Shown in pieces: positions 1 through 8,549 of a stretch of 32,000 nucleotides of DNA. Below the pieces are notes generated by a model. That model made no database searches. It was not told the DNA's origin and was given only the letters and a program-made list of their open reading frames with translations. Position 1 is the first letter of the stretch, and every line of letters starts with the position of its first letter. This DNA comes from Raphidiopsis brookii D9 (lineage in GTDB: Bacteria; Cyanobacteriota; Cyanobacteriia; Cyanobacteriales; Nostocaceae). The translations under genes were made by a program, and so were the position numbers. The stretch covers positions 480,001 to 512,000 of the forward strand of contig ACYB01000035.1 of the NCBI GenBank assembly GCA_000175855.1, in the 5' to 3' direction.

Positions 1-164
1 GATTTACCTTTAAACAATGGCCTTTTCCGGTGTGTAAATTCCACCTCAATTGTATTTCCTCAAGAGAATTTTTGGTAACTAGGAAAAGGACTATTTTTTT
101 TAAAAACGACTTATCCGGTCTCTAACTAGCGGTTTTGATGTATAGCCATATTTCCAGAAAGGGA

Positions 165-1385
165 TTAAACCTCTTCGATCAGTGCTAAAACTTGTTTGGG
201 TAATAATTTTTCTTTAAACCAAATAATTTTGGCAGGAACATTATCCAATTTCACCCCGGATTTTTCCAGGTTCAACTTTTCAGAAATTGCCAGAATGAGG
301 TTATGACAATTTGCTCTTTTCACCTGGGCAAATTTCTTTTTTAAATATTCCGGTTGCCAATAGCCAACAATTTCTAACAAAAAACTCCTTCCGTCAGGAT
401 GCACAAAACGAAAGTCTGGTATGATTACACTTCCAGGGATGGGAATTAAATCTACTTCTCTTTCTAAAAACCAACCAGTTTTCATAGCATCCCATTTATC
501 AGCGAAGGAATGGTCTAACATGCTGTCGTATGGTTTACCTTGGCGATAATGAGAGATTAGACCACATTCAGAATTTAGGGTAAATCTACTGGTTTTCCAT
601 TCCTGGGTATATGGGTCTTTTATTTGCAAGGTGGTTGATAAACTCCATTTAGTCACATGGAGCAAAGCTGGGATCATTTTAGCTATGGATAATCCGTATC
701 GCGTACTGGAGGTAAATAAACTTGTTGGACCATCAATGGTGATTGTGAAACCGTGGTTTCCATCACCCTCAATATAGGCCATTAACTGAAATAATTTTAG
801 ATATCGAAATAATAATTTATATTCTCTTGGTGAATTACGGTGAGCATTTAAGATTAATTGGGTAGCTTTATAGAAAATACCTTGCACCTGGGATAAGTTA
901 TAACGGTGTAATAGGTCTTCTGGTTTAGGAACATCAAATGCGGTGAGGATTCTATTTTCCAAGAGATCAGCATAAAGACCTTCAGCAATCTGAATTGGTA
1001 AGATTTCCCTTTGCAGTTCTTGACTAAGGTTGGCAGCAATTTGGCTAAAAATTATCTCGGTGTTTTGGGGACTAGCAACTGATCGAGCTGCTAGGGTGAA
1101 TACCTTTTCCCTTAACAGTTGTGGTTCTAGGGGACTGATAATTTCAAAATTGCAAAAACTACTTTTGAGGATGTAGCCTAAACCGCGTTTCATTCTATAG
1201 TCTGTGGTCTCACCCTCAAAATCTATAAGTTGTCTTTCCAAATATCCTTGGGTTTTTCCTAGAGCATCTTGAAAAAAGTTAATTAAATTATTTGCTAGGG
1301 CTAAATTTTTATCATCCAGTTTCAGTCTCTTGGGAATGATTTCTTCTCCGGTTTGACGATAAATCAGTAGTTCAGTCGGTAACAT
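165..1385 (-). CDS. DUF790/Bax1-type nuclease-like protein, partner of the XPB-like helicase
   Basis: 406-aa ORF with ATG at 1385. Its start overlaps the upstream helicase stop by 14 nt (1372-1385). The C-terminal restriction-endonuclease-like core (VIIPDFRFVHPDGRSFLLEIVGYWQPEYLKKK) and the N-terminal layout match my recollection of DUF790 proteins that pair with XPB helicases. Family call is from memory; no search was run. Confidence 0.7.
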   Translation of the reverse strand: MLPTELLIYRQTGEEIIPKRLKLDDKNLALANNLINFFQDALGKTQGYLERQLIDFEGETTDYRMKRGLGYILKSSFCNFEIISPLEPQLLREKVFTLAARSVASPQNTEIIFSQIAANLSQELQREILPIQIAEGLYADLLENRILTAFDVPKPEDLLHRYNLSQVQGIFYKATQLILNAHRNSPREYKLLFRYLKLFQLMAYIEGDGNHGFTITIDGPTSLFTSSTRYGLSIAKMIPALLHVTKWSLSTTLQIKDPYTQEWKTSRFTLNSECGLISHYRQGKPYDSMLDHSFADKWDAMKTGWFLEREVDLIPIPGSVIIPDFRFVHPDGRSFLLEIVGYWQPEYLKKKFAQVKRANCHNLILAISEKLNLEKSGVKLDNVPAKIIWFKEKLLPKQVLALIEEV

Positions 1386-2913
1386 CTTTTTGATGCTTTG
1401 ATTTCGTTAATTTCTTGGTCAAGTAGTTAATTTCTGTCGGTTGGGCAACTTTTGTTTCCAGTTCTTGATTATCCCCATATACAATGCCTAATTCACCTTT
1501 TTTCCTTTTTTCCTCCGGTCTATTTCCAGAGTGTGTTTCCATACCTCTTAATCCCTTTCTTCTGATTGATGTTCCTTCTTCACTCGTATCTTCTGCTATG
1601 ACTTCATATAAAATTGCCCGTTTATTTCCTTGATTTCCTTTCCTTAAAATTCTTCCTAACCTCTGAGTATATTCCCTGATAGAACCAGTACCAGAAAGAA
1701 TAATAGCCACCGCAGCAGCAGGAACATCTACCCCCTCGTTTAAAACATGGGAAGCTACTAAGGTAGTATATGTTCCTTGCTTAAATTTGGTGAGGATTTC
1801 GTGTCTCTCTTTAACTGGGGTTTGATGGGTAATTGCAGGAATTAACAACTCCCGGGAAATACGATAAACCGTGGTGTTATCAGCTGTAAAAACCAACACC
1901 ATTTCTGGATAGTGATCAGCCAGTAAGTCAGCTAAAACTCTCATTTTCCCCTCCGTTCCCAAAGCAATCTCTTTTGCTTGTCGATGCGCTAACATAGCTC
2001 TACGTCCGTCCTGCGATCGCCCACTGACCTGAACAAAAGTTTGCCATCCTTGTAGACTACCTAAAGAAATTCGGGAATGCTTTAAAAAGTCATTGCGAGT
2101 TTGAATTAACCGATTATATTTTTCCCGTTCCCTTGGTGAAAGTTTAACTTTAATTTGGATGATTTCATGATCTGCTAGTACCTTACCTGCTAACTCTTCC
2201 ACATATTGACGGTAAACCTCCTTTCCAATCAAAATATCCAAATCCACGTGTTTACCATCTGTACGCTCCGGTGTTGCAGAAAGTCCTAATCTATAGGGAG
2301 CGATCGCATATTCAGCAATCACCCGATTAAAATCAGTAGGTAGATGATGACATTCATCGAAAATAATTAAACCATATTTATCACCGAGACTTTCAGCGTG
2401 AATAGCTGCACTATCATAGGTAGCGACTAAAATTGCCGTTTTATCTCGTGAACCTCCCCCCAGCAAACCTAGCTCCCCATCAGGGAAGGCTGCTTTTAAA
2501 TGTGCATACCACTGATGCATCAGATCCAGGGTGGGAACAACAATGAGGGTGCTGCGTGGAGTTGCTTCCATAGCCATTTGGGCCAGGTAGGTTTTCCCAG
2601 CTGCTGTTGGTAGCACCACCACACCCTGTCTACCAGCCAATTTCCAAGCGACCAGGGCCTCAGTTTGATGGGGGTAGGGAATCATCTGCACGCTGGAAAC
2701 CAATTCTAAAGGATAAAACTTTTTAGCCTCATCTATAAAATCAGTGTCATCAGCTTCTAGAGCTTCCACTAAACAGCGGTATTTAATAGCTGGGATGCGA
2801 AACTTTTCGATTCTGTCATCCCAGGTGGCAAAGTATATCCAGGACTTACTACGGGGAGGAGGGTGTAAAATCAATGTACCCCGGTCAAATGTTAAAATGG
2901 GGGTTGAACCCAT
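1372..2913 (-). CDS. SF2 DEAD/DEAH-box helicase, XPB/ERCC3 (Rad25)-like
   Basis: The ORF track gives 1372..2967. I prefer the ATG at 2913 (MGSTPILTFDRGTL), which has GGGAGA about 9 nt upstream and removes the overlap with msrA. Motifs: I LPTAAGKT, Ia VVPTLDLMHQW, II FDECHH, III GLSATPERTDG (RED-like), VI QRLGRILR. Confidence 0.8.
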   Translation of the reverse strand: MGSTPILTFDRGTLILHPPPRSKSWIYFATWDDRIEKFRIPAIKYRCLVEALEADDTDFIDEAKKFYPLELVSSVQMIPYPHQTEALVAWKLAGRQGVVVLPTAAGKTYLAQMAMEATPRSTLIVVPTLDLMHQWYAHLKAAFPDGELGLLGGGSRDKTAILVATYDSAAIHAESLGDKYGLIIFDECHHLPTDFNRVIAEYAIAPYRLGLSATPERTDGKHVDLDILIGKEVYRQYVEELAGKVLADHEIIQIKVKLSPREREKYNRLIQTRNDFLKHSRISLGSLQGWQTFVQVSGRSQDGRRAMLAHRQAKEIALGTEGKMRVLADLLADHYPEMVLVFTADNTTVYRISRELLIPAITHQTPVKERHEILTKFKQGTYTTLVASHVLNEGVDVPAAAVAIILSGTGSIREYTQRLGRILRKGNQGNKRAILYEVIAEDTSEEGTSIRRKGLRGMETHSGNRPEEKRKKGELGIVYGDNQELETKVAQPTEINYLTKKLTKSKHQKDVTD

Positions 2914-2930
2914 CTCAATAGTTCTCCCGC

Positions 2931-3596
2931 TTAACTGACTGAGGTTGGAAAAACACCAACGGGACAAGACACATTAGTACCACCTAAACCGCAATAACCA
3001 CCGGGATTTTTGGCCAAATACTGCTGATGATAATCTTCAGCATAATAGAAATCGGGAGCATCCAAAATTTCCGTGGTGATTTTGCCATATCCTGCATTTG
3101 TTAAAGCTTGTTGGTAAGCATTCATAGATGATTCTGCCAACTCTCTTTGTTCTGGGGAATATGAATAAATTCCAGAGCGGTATTGAGTACCCACATCATT
3201 GCCTTGACGCATTCCCTGAGTGGGGTTATGACTTTCCCAAAAGACCTTTAATAATTGGGAATAGTTAATTATCTTTGGGTTGAAGACTACAAGTACCACC
3301 TCATTGTGACCAGTCATTCCCGTGCATACCTCCCTATAGGTGGGGTTGGGAGTATAGCCAGCAGCATACCCCACAGCAGTGCTATATACTCCCCGTTGTT
3401 GCCAAAATTTACGTTCAGCACCCCAAAAACAACCCAGGCCAAACATGGCGGTTTCCATTTCTGAAGGAAAGGGAGGTTGTAAGGGGTTATTATTGACATA
3501 GTGGGCTGCAGGTACGGGCATTTTTTGTTGGCGACCTGGCAAAGCTTGTTCAGGGGTTGGCATTGCTACTTTTTTATTAAATCCAAATAATCCCAT
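2931..3596 (-). CDS. msrA: peptide-methionine (S)-S-oxide reductase MsrA
   Basis: [13 protein letters not shown] active-site region, plus [22 protein letters not shown] and [10 protein letters not shown], collinear with E. coli MsrA. The track start at 3641 is GTG. The ATG at 3596 (MGLFGFNKK) matches the usual MsrA N-terminus. Confidence 0.93.
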   Translation of the reverse strand: MGLFGFNKKVAMPTPEQALPGRQQKMPVPAAHYVNNNPLQPPFPSEMETAMFGLGCFWGAERKFWQQRGVYSTAVGYAAGYTPNPTYREVCTGMTGHNEVVLVVFNPKIINYSQLLKVFWESHNPTQGMRQGNDVGTQYRSGIYSYSPEQRELAESSMNAYQQALTNAGYGKITTEILDAPDFYYAEDYHQQYLAKNPGGYCGLGGTNVSCPVGVFPTSVS

Positions 3597-3748
3597 TGTT
3601 TGACTGTTTTTTCTTAGATTTTTATTTACTATATTATACACTATAGTTGGCGTTAGAATAAAATCATTTAAATCAAAGGGTATAAATTAAAGGTGATAGA
3701 GGTCCCAGTTGCTCTTGTCCATTCACTGCTAGATCGCTGTGACATAGG

Positions 3749-5860
3749 TTAAATTTTTTCTGAAACTCTTCCTAGTAAATCCACAATGATTCTCTCCAGT
3801 CTTTGGGTCTCAGCTGTGTCTTCATCTGCTGCTGTCCATGATTTTCCCATTCTATCTTGTAAAAATATATGGGATCCGAATAAACTGGCTGCGCCACCTT
3901 TAGACCATAGTGGTGAACCTATATCCATCCAAAAGTGCCATTTGTGATATCTATAACTGGCTCGATATTGAAATACTGTGGCTAGGGTAATGGCTTTTTT
4001 GCTTTGTCCCAGGGTGCGTACTGGATAGGGATTAGCTGTAATTGTCCCCTGACGCAATAGGCTAATGAATTCATTGATGCTGTTGGTTAGTCTCGTTTGG
4101 CCGTGGGGTGTGAGGGGATATTCAGTTTGCCTGACTCTTTGTTCTATTTCCCAGTAGTGTTGGGCAGTTTCTAATAGTTCTCTAAGTTCTGATAGGATGC
4201 CAAATGAGGGAGTTTGGTTTTTAAAAATGAATTTCTCCATGGCCGCATATAACAGAAAAACTGGTGTGCTGGATGGGATTTGTTGATTTTGCCGCTGCTG
4301 TATCCATGTTAATATCTCTCTATAAGCTGTGCTGGCTACATAGCCAATTCTATCCCAACGATCAAAGACTCTAATATCTAAAAGGCGCGGGTTCTCTGGA
4401 TCGGGAACAAAACAATTGTCTACTATTATTCCTGCACGCACCGGATCAATTTGATGCTCTTGTTCTTGATTTTCTCTGTCTTCTTCTCTTCTATATTGAT
4501 CACTATAATTTCTACTCAGCACTACTAACATTTCTGCTACTTGGTCTCTATTTACGAGTCTCCCTAGTCCTGGATAAACTAGAGTTAGTAATGTTAATAA
4601 TCCCCTAACATTGGCAGAACCAATTAATGGTCTCTGTTCGTTCAGAGGATCTACCTCGATATGGTGCTTCCCGAGAATTTCTATGATCTGATAACGGGCG
4701 ATCGCATCTAATCCAGGTGCGATAATAGCTATGTCTTCCGGGTGGATTTTGCCTGCTGTAATTTCTCTAATTATTAGCTGGGTTGTTTGCTGTAAAAGTT
4801 CTGCACGAGAAATTGTTTGAATACTCTCCACTGTCTTAGGTAATGTGAATATTATCATCTCTCCTTTGACTAGTTTAATCATTGGTTGAGCTAGTTCGGT
4901 GACTAAATTTTCTTCTCCATCACAGACTAAATTTTCTACCTGACAACGACTTTCTAGTCTTTTTAAAAATTCTGGATCAGCTCCCAAACCTAATCTGACT
5001 GAGCCATAGGGGTTATAGCCAAAAGCTCCCACTGCTCCTTTGTCTAACAAAAACTCCAAGAGGTAATAATATATAGCTGGATAATTGTCCACATCATCAG
5101 CTATGACTAGTTGATAACGGTTTTTTAAATGTTCTTGATACTGAATATTTTTAAATAAATACTTGTGATAAAGTTCTGTAATTAAACCATAAGTTAACAA
5201 TCCTCTTTGTAAACACCACTGGCGCCAACCTACTAACAAAGATGTTAAAAGTTCCGCCTCTAAATCTAAAGTGTGAATGTCTTTTTCTAAACCTTGGTAA
5301 AAAAGCTCTCCAATATCCTCACCAGCAATACCAGCATAGGTGCCCAGTTGCCATAAATCTAATATCCGTCTCACTAAACGATATTGACTGCTTCCCCCAT
5401 TCCCTAGGGCGTTCAATTTCGACTTCCACAGTTTTGTTGCTAGTTCCTGCTCTGTTTCTGGACGTAATATTAAGGGAAATTGAGCTTTGATTTCTAGCGT
5501 CTCTACTATTAAGGGCCAAAACAACATCACTTCATCTTGTATAAATCCGGATGTGGTTTTTGTTTCTAGTATATATTTGCTTTTATTTAAGGTAGCAATT
5601 CTATTACTTAAATATACGCGACTATCATGATTGGATGTTAAAACTAAAACTCGAGGTTCTCTCCATAAAGGATTTAGAGTTTGAATTCTGTTTTCGGACT
5701 GGTTGGAATTTGGATTTTTCGTATAAAATGTCCATATCTCTGGTTTGCCAATTCTTTCCACCCAATCAGAAAAATACCTAACTAAACGAGTGGTTTTACC
5801 ACTACGACTTGCACCCACAACCCAGATAGAATCAAAACCCACTAATTTACTCCTAATCAC
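3749..5860 (-). CDS. UvrD/AddB-like SF1 helicase-family P-loop protein with degenerate motifs
   Basis: 703-aa ORF. It has the P-loop VVGASRSGKTT, and UvrD-like landmarks follow in order but are altered (VLVLTSNHDSRVYLSNRI; IADDVDNY at the motif II position; ITLATVFQYRASYRY near the C-terminus). The start is ambiguous: GTG at 5860 (GGAAAGGGG upstream) or GTG at 5842 (AGGAG 7 nt upstream). Confidence 0.55.
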   Translation of the reverse strand: MIRSKLVGFDSIWVVGASRSGKTTRLVRYFSDWVERIGKPEIWTFYTKNPNSNQSENRIQTLNPLWREPRVLVLTSNHDSRVYLSNRIATLNKSKYILETKTTSGFIQDEVMLFWPLIVETLEIKAQFPLILRPETEQELATKLWKSKLNALGNGGSSQYRLVRRILDLWQLGTYAGIAGEDIGELFYQGLEKDIHTLDLEAELLTSLLVGWRQWCLQRGLLTYGLITELYHKYLFKNIQYQEHLKNRYQLVIADDVDNYPAIYYYLLEFLLDKGAVGAFGYNPYGSVRLGLGADPEFLKRLESRCQVENLVCDGEENLVTELAQPMIKLVKGEMIIFTLPKTVESIQTISRAELLQQTTQLIIREITAGKIHPEDIAIIAPGLDAIARYQIIEILGKHHIEVDPLNEQRPLIGSANVRGLLTLLTLVYPGLGRLVNRDQVAEMLVVLSRNYSDQYRREEDRENQEQEHQIDPVRAGIIVDNCFVPDPENPRLLDIRVFDRWDRIGYVASTAYREILTWIQQRQNQQIPSSTPVFLLYAAMEKFIFKNQTPSFGILSELRELLETAQHYWEIEQRVRQTEYPLTPHGQTRLTNSINEFISLLRQGTITANPYPVRTLGQSKKAITLATVFQYRASYRYHKWHFWMDIGSPLWSKGGAASLFGSHIFLQDRMGKSWTAADEDTAETQRLERIIVDLLGRVSEKI

Positions 5861-5940
5861 TTTACACCCCTTTCCTAAGCATCATAACTGATAGTAACTT
5901 ATCCAAATTCCCCCAGGTTCCTAAATCTCATCAATCACCA

Positions 5941-7221
5941 ATGAATGATTCTGTGTTTGGTCGAAAAATATACTTTTCTTTACTTTCTGCTTACCGATGG
6001 TATTTGCTAACACCAGAGCGTGCTTTAGAGGAAGCATATAAATCAGCATTAAAAATTCAGGATATTGAACGTCAACATTTTAATGGTAATAAAATTTCCA
6101 GAAATGCTGACCTTTACAGCAGTAGTGTAATGGACTACTTTCAGTCTGATTTAAACAAACTATTGAAAAATGTGCGAATGCGCCTAACAGAGTTTAAAGC
6201 CAGTCAGTGGTTTTCCAATGAAAGTAAACAAGCAGAAGCAAATAAAGCAGGTATAGAATATACTAGTCTCACCATAGTTTTACAAAAACTGGACTTTATA
6301 GATCAAGTAGTTAATAAGTACAAAAGTGAGCAGTTAGACACTTCTGTGATGAGTTTTATTAACGAGTCTTCTGATAAAGTAGGAGATAAAGGTGGTAATC
6401 AAGGGGACAAACCAAAAAGAAAAGCAGACTCCACGAGTATTCTACCACGATCTATTTTCACCACCATTAGTCGTTTGCAAACAGAATTAGATCCAAATGC
6501 GGAAGTGGAAGTGGTGCGGAGCTTTCGTCAAACTCAGAAAATGACAATTATCTCCATCAGATTTATCTTACTATTAATTATCATACCTTTACTAACACAT
6601 CAAATATCTAAAGTATTAGTGGTAGGTCCCATAGTTGATAGTTTAAGACACGAAGAATCAGAAGAGATTTTTATTAACGAAGAAATGGAAGAGGAAGCAT
6701 TAACAGAATTAGAAAAATTTGCAGAAAGGATTAAATTTGAAAGCATGATTACTAATGCACCACCTTTATCATCAATCGTATTAGAAGCTAAAATGTCTGA
6801 AAAAGCCCAGGAAATAGCTAGAGAATTTCGCCGGTCTGGGTCAAATGCGATAAAGAACGTATTTTGTGATTTACTATCAGTTTTTGCGTTTGTATGTTTG
6901 CTGCTGACTAGTCGGTCTTCTATTTTAGTTCTAAAAGACTTTTTTGATTATGTAGTGTATGGATTAAGTGACAGTGCCAAAGCATTTATCATTATATTAT
7001 TTACTGATATATTTGTTGGTTTCCACTCCCCCCATGGGTGGGAGGTAATTTTGGAAGGATTATCACATCATTGGGGTTTGCCCGCAAACCGTGATTTTAT
7101 TTTTCTATTTATTGCCACATTTCCAGTAATTTTAGATACAATATTCAAGTATTGGATTTTTCGTTATTTGAACAGGATTTCTCCTTCTGCTGTGGCGACT
7201 TACCACAATATGAACGAGTAA
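5941..7221 (+). CDS. pxcA: proton-extrusion / envelope membrane protein PxcA (CemA family)
   Basis: The C-terminal membrane domain carries CemA hallmarks: FVGFHSPHGWE and DTIFKYWIFRYLNRISPSAVATYHNMNE. The long soluble N-terminal extension is typical of cyanobacterial PxcA. Confidence 0.88.
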   Translation: MNDSVFGRKIYFSLLSAYRWYLLTPERALEEAYKSALKIQDIERQHFNGNKISRNADLYSSSVMDYFQSDLNKLLKNVRMRLTEFKASQWFSNESKQAEANKAGIEYTSLTIVLQKLDFIDQVVNKYKSEQLDTSVMSFINESSDKVGDKGGNQGDKPKRKADSTSILPRSIFTTISRLQTELDPNAEVEVVRSFRQTQKMTIISIRFILLLIIIPLLTHQISKVLVVGPIVDSLRHEESEEIFINEEMEEEALTELEKFAERIKFESMITNAPPLSSIVLEAKMSEKAQEIAREFRRSGSNAIKNVFCDLLSVFAFVCLLLTSRSSILVLKDFFDYVVYGLSDSAKAFIIILFTDIFVGFHSPHGWEVILEGLSHHWGLPANRDFIFLFIATFPVILDTIFKYWIFRYLNRISPSAVATYHNMNE

Positions 7222-7262
7222 GTTGATTATTTTTTGTTTCCATCCCTAGACCTAATCAAATC

Positions 7263-8549
7263 ATGAGAAAAATATTTCAAACAACCGTCAGTCTACCATT
7301 TTTTTTAACGATATTTTTTTTAGAAATTCCGTCAACTAAAAATATCGATAGCAACCAATATAGAGTCCCTGCTGGTTGCGAAGCCAGTAAATGGGATTTA
7401 CCCCCAGATGTCAAGGCTGAAAATAGCAGCAAGCTACCAACACTCGTAAAAAGATTTGCCATTGGTTGTTGCCAAAAGGATCCCTCTTGTTTAGATGAAA
7501 GAATCTTTGGTGGTGAAGGGGAAGAAGTAGCTGATAAACAACAACTTTTAAAAGCTATAGATGAGAGCCTAAAATTTTTAAAAACTCGTCGAGCTGCGAT
7601 CGCCTATCAAAAACATAAAAACCCAGGGATTACCAGATACAGAGTTTATCACAGCTTGAAAAGATTTAGGGAATTATTATTATCCACCAATTCTGCTCAA
7701 GAATTACACCAAGCCATTGCCAAAGAGTTCATTTACTATCAATCAACTGGTAGAGATAATCAAGGCACAGTTTTGTTCACCGCTTATTATGAACCATTAT
7801 ATGTGGCGAGTCGCAAACCCACAGCAGAATTTAAATATCCCGTTTATAGATTGCCACCTGATTTAGCATCCTGGTCTAAACCTCACCCCACCAGACTAGA
7901 ATTAGAAGGTGCGGATGGGTTACAAGCTTCCCAGGGCAAATTAAAGGGATTAGAATTATTTTGGTTAAGAGATAGATTTGAACCTTATATTATTCAAATT
8001 CAAGGTTCTGCTCGGTTAAAATTAACAGATGGCACAGAAACAAGTGTAGGTTACGCAGGAAACACAGCCCATAATTATAAAAGTCTAGGTCGTACATTGA
8101 TAGAAGCAGGAAAGCTACCGGAAAAGGGTGTAACTATGCCGAAAATTTTTGAGTATTTTCACAAATATCCGCAAGATTTAAACATTTACCTCCCGAAAAA
8201 TAATAGCTTTGTTTTCTTTAAAGAAACACGCGGGGAACCTGCTTATGGATATGTGGGAGTACCTTTAACTCCAGAACGTTCCATAGCTACAGATAAATCC
8301 CTAATGCCTCCAGGTGCTTTAGCTTTAATTCGTGCGCCTTTTCCCTTTGTAGAAAATGGCAAATTGGAAAATCGCATTGTTAGTCGGTTTGTGCTAGACC
8401 AGGATACAGGTGGCGCGATTAAAGGACCAGGTAGGGTAGATTACTATTTGGGCACTGGTGATATTGCGGGAAGTCGTGCAGGTGTGACAGTAAGTGATGG
8501 GCAGTTATTTTATCCCTTGCTGAAATCTCTACCACCGGTAAAACCTTAA
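7263..8549 (+). CDS. mltA: murein transglycosylase A (MltA-like, with 3D domain)
   Basis: Contains LFTAYYEPLY, IQIQGSARLKLTDGT, SIATD, and LDQDTGGAIKGPGRVDYYLGTG (3D domain). The N-terminus is hydrophobic and signal-like. Confidence 0.85.
   Translation: MRKIFQTTVSLPFFLTIFFLEIPSTKNIDSNQYRVPAGCEASKWDLPPDVKAENSSKLPTLVKRFAIGCCQKDPSCLDERIFGGEGEEVADKQQLLKAIDESLKFLKTRRAAIAYQKHKNPGITRYRVYHSLKRFRELLLSTNSAQELHQAIAKEFIYYQSTGRDNQGTVLFTAYYEPLYVASRKPTAEFKYPVYRLPPDLASWSKPHPTRLELEGADGLQASQGKLKGLELFWLRDRFEPYIIQIQGSARLKLTDGTETSVGYAGNTAHNYKSLGRTLIEAGKLPEKGVTMPKIFEYFHKYPQDLNIYLPKNNSFVFFKETRGEPAYGYVGVPLTPERSIATDKSLMPPGALALIRAPFPFVENGKLENRIVSRFVLDQDTGGAIKGPGRVDYYLGTGDIAGSRAGVTVSDGQLFYPLLKSLPPVKP

Noticed and set aside
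1-78. Frame +1 is open from the window edge to TAA at 76-78 (DLPLNNGLFRCVNSTSIVFPQENFW*), a possible 3' end of an upstream gene
   Set aside because: Only 25 codons are visible, with no recognisable motif, so I cannot support a call.
854-1039. Short 60-90-aa ORFs nested in or antisense to larger genes. Examples: 854-1039, 2744-2938, 3255-3499, 5242-5519, 7277-7462, 8419-8625, 11450-11635, 11844-12059, 14940-15212, 15903-16458, 16677-16877, 18619-18822, 24641-24862, 27068-27250, 27921-28226, 28939-29354, 31197-31495
   Set aside because: All are contained within, or antisense to, genes with strong motif support and have no independent coding evidence.
2914-2967. ORF-track N-terminal extensions using GTG/TTG starts. 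Examples: helicase to 2967, msrA to 3641, ruvC to 15205, secreted protein from 10950, aar from 27496, nnrU to 22752, trx to 21650
   Set aside because: In each case an internal ATG reproduces the conserved family N-terminus or a proper signal peptide. The extensions create implausible gene overlaps.
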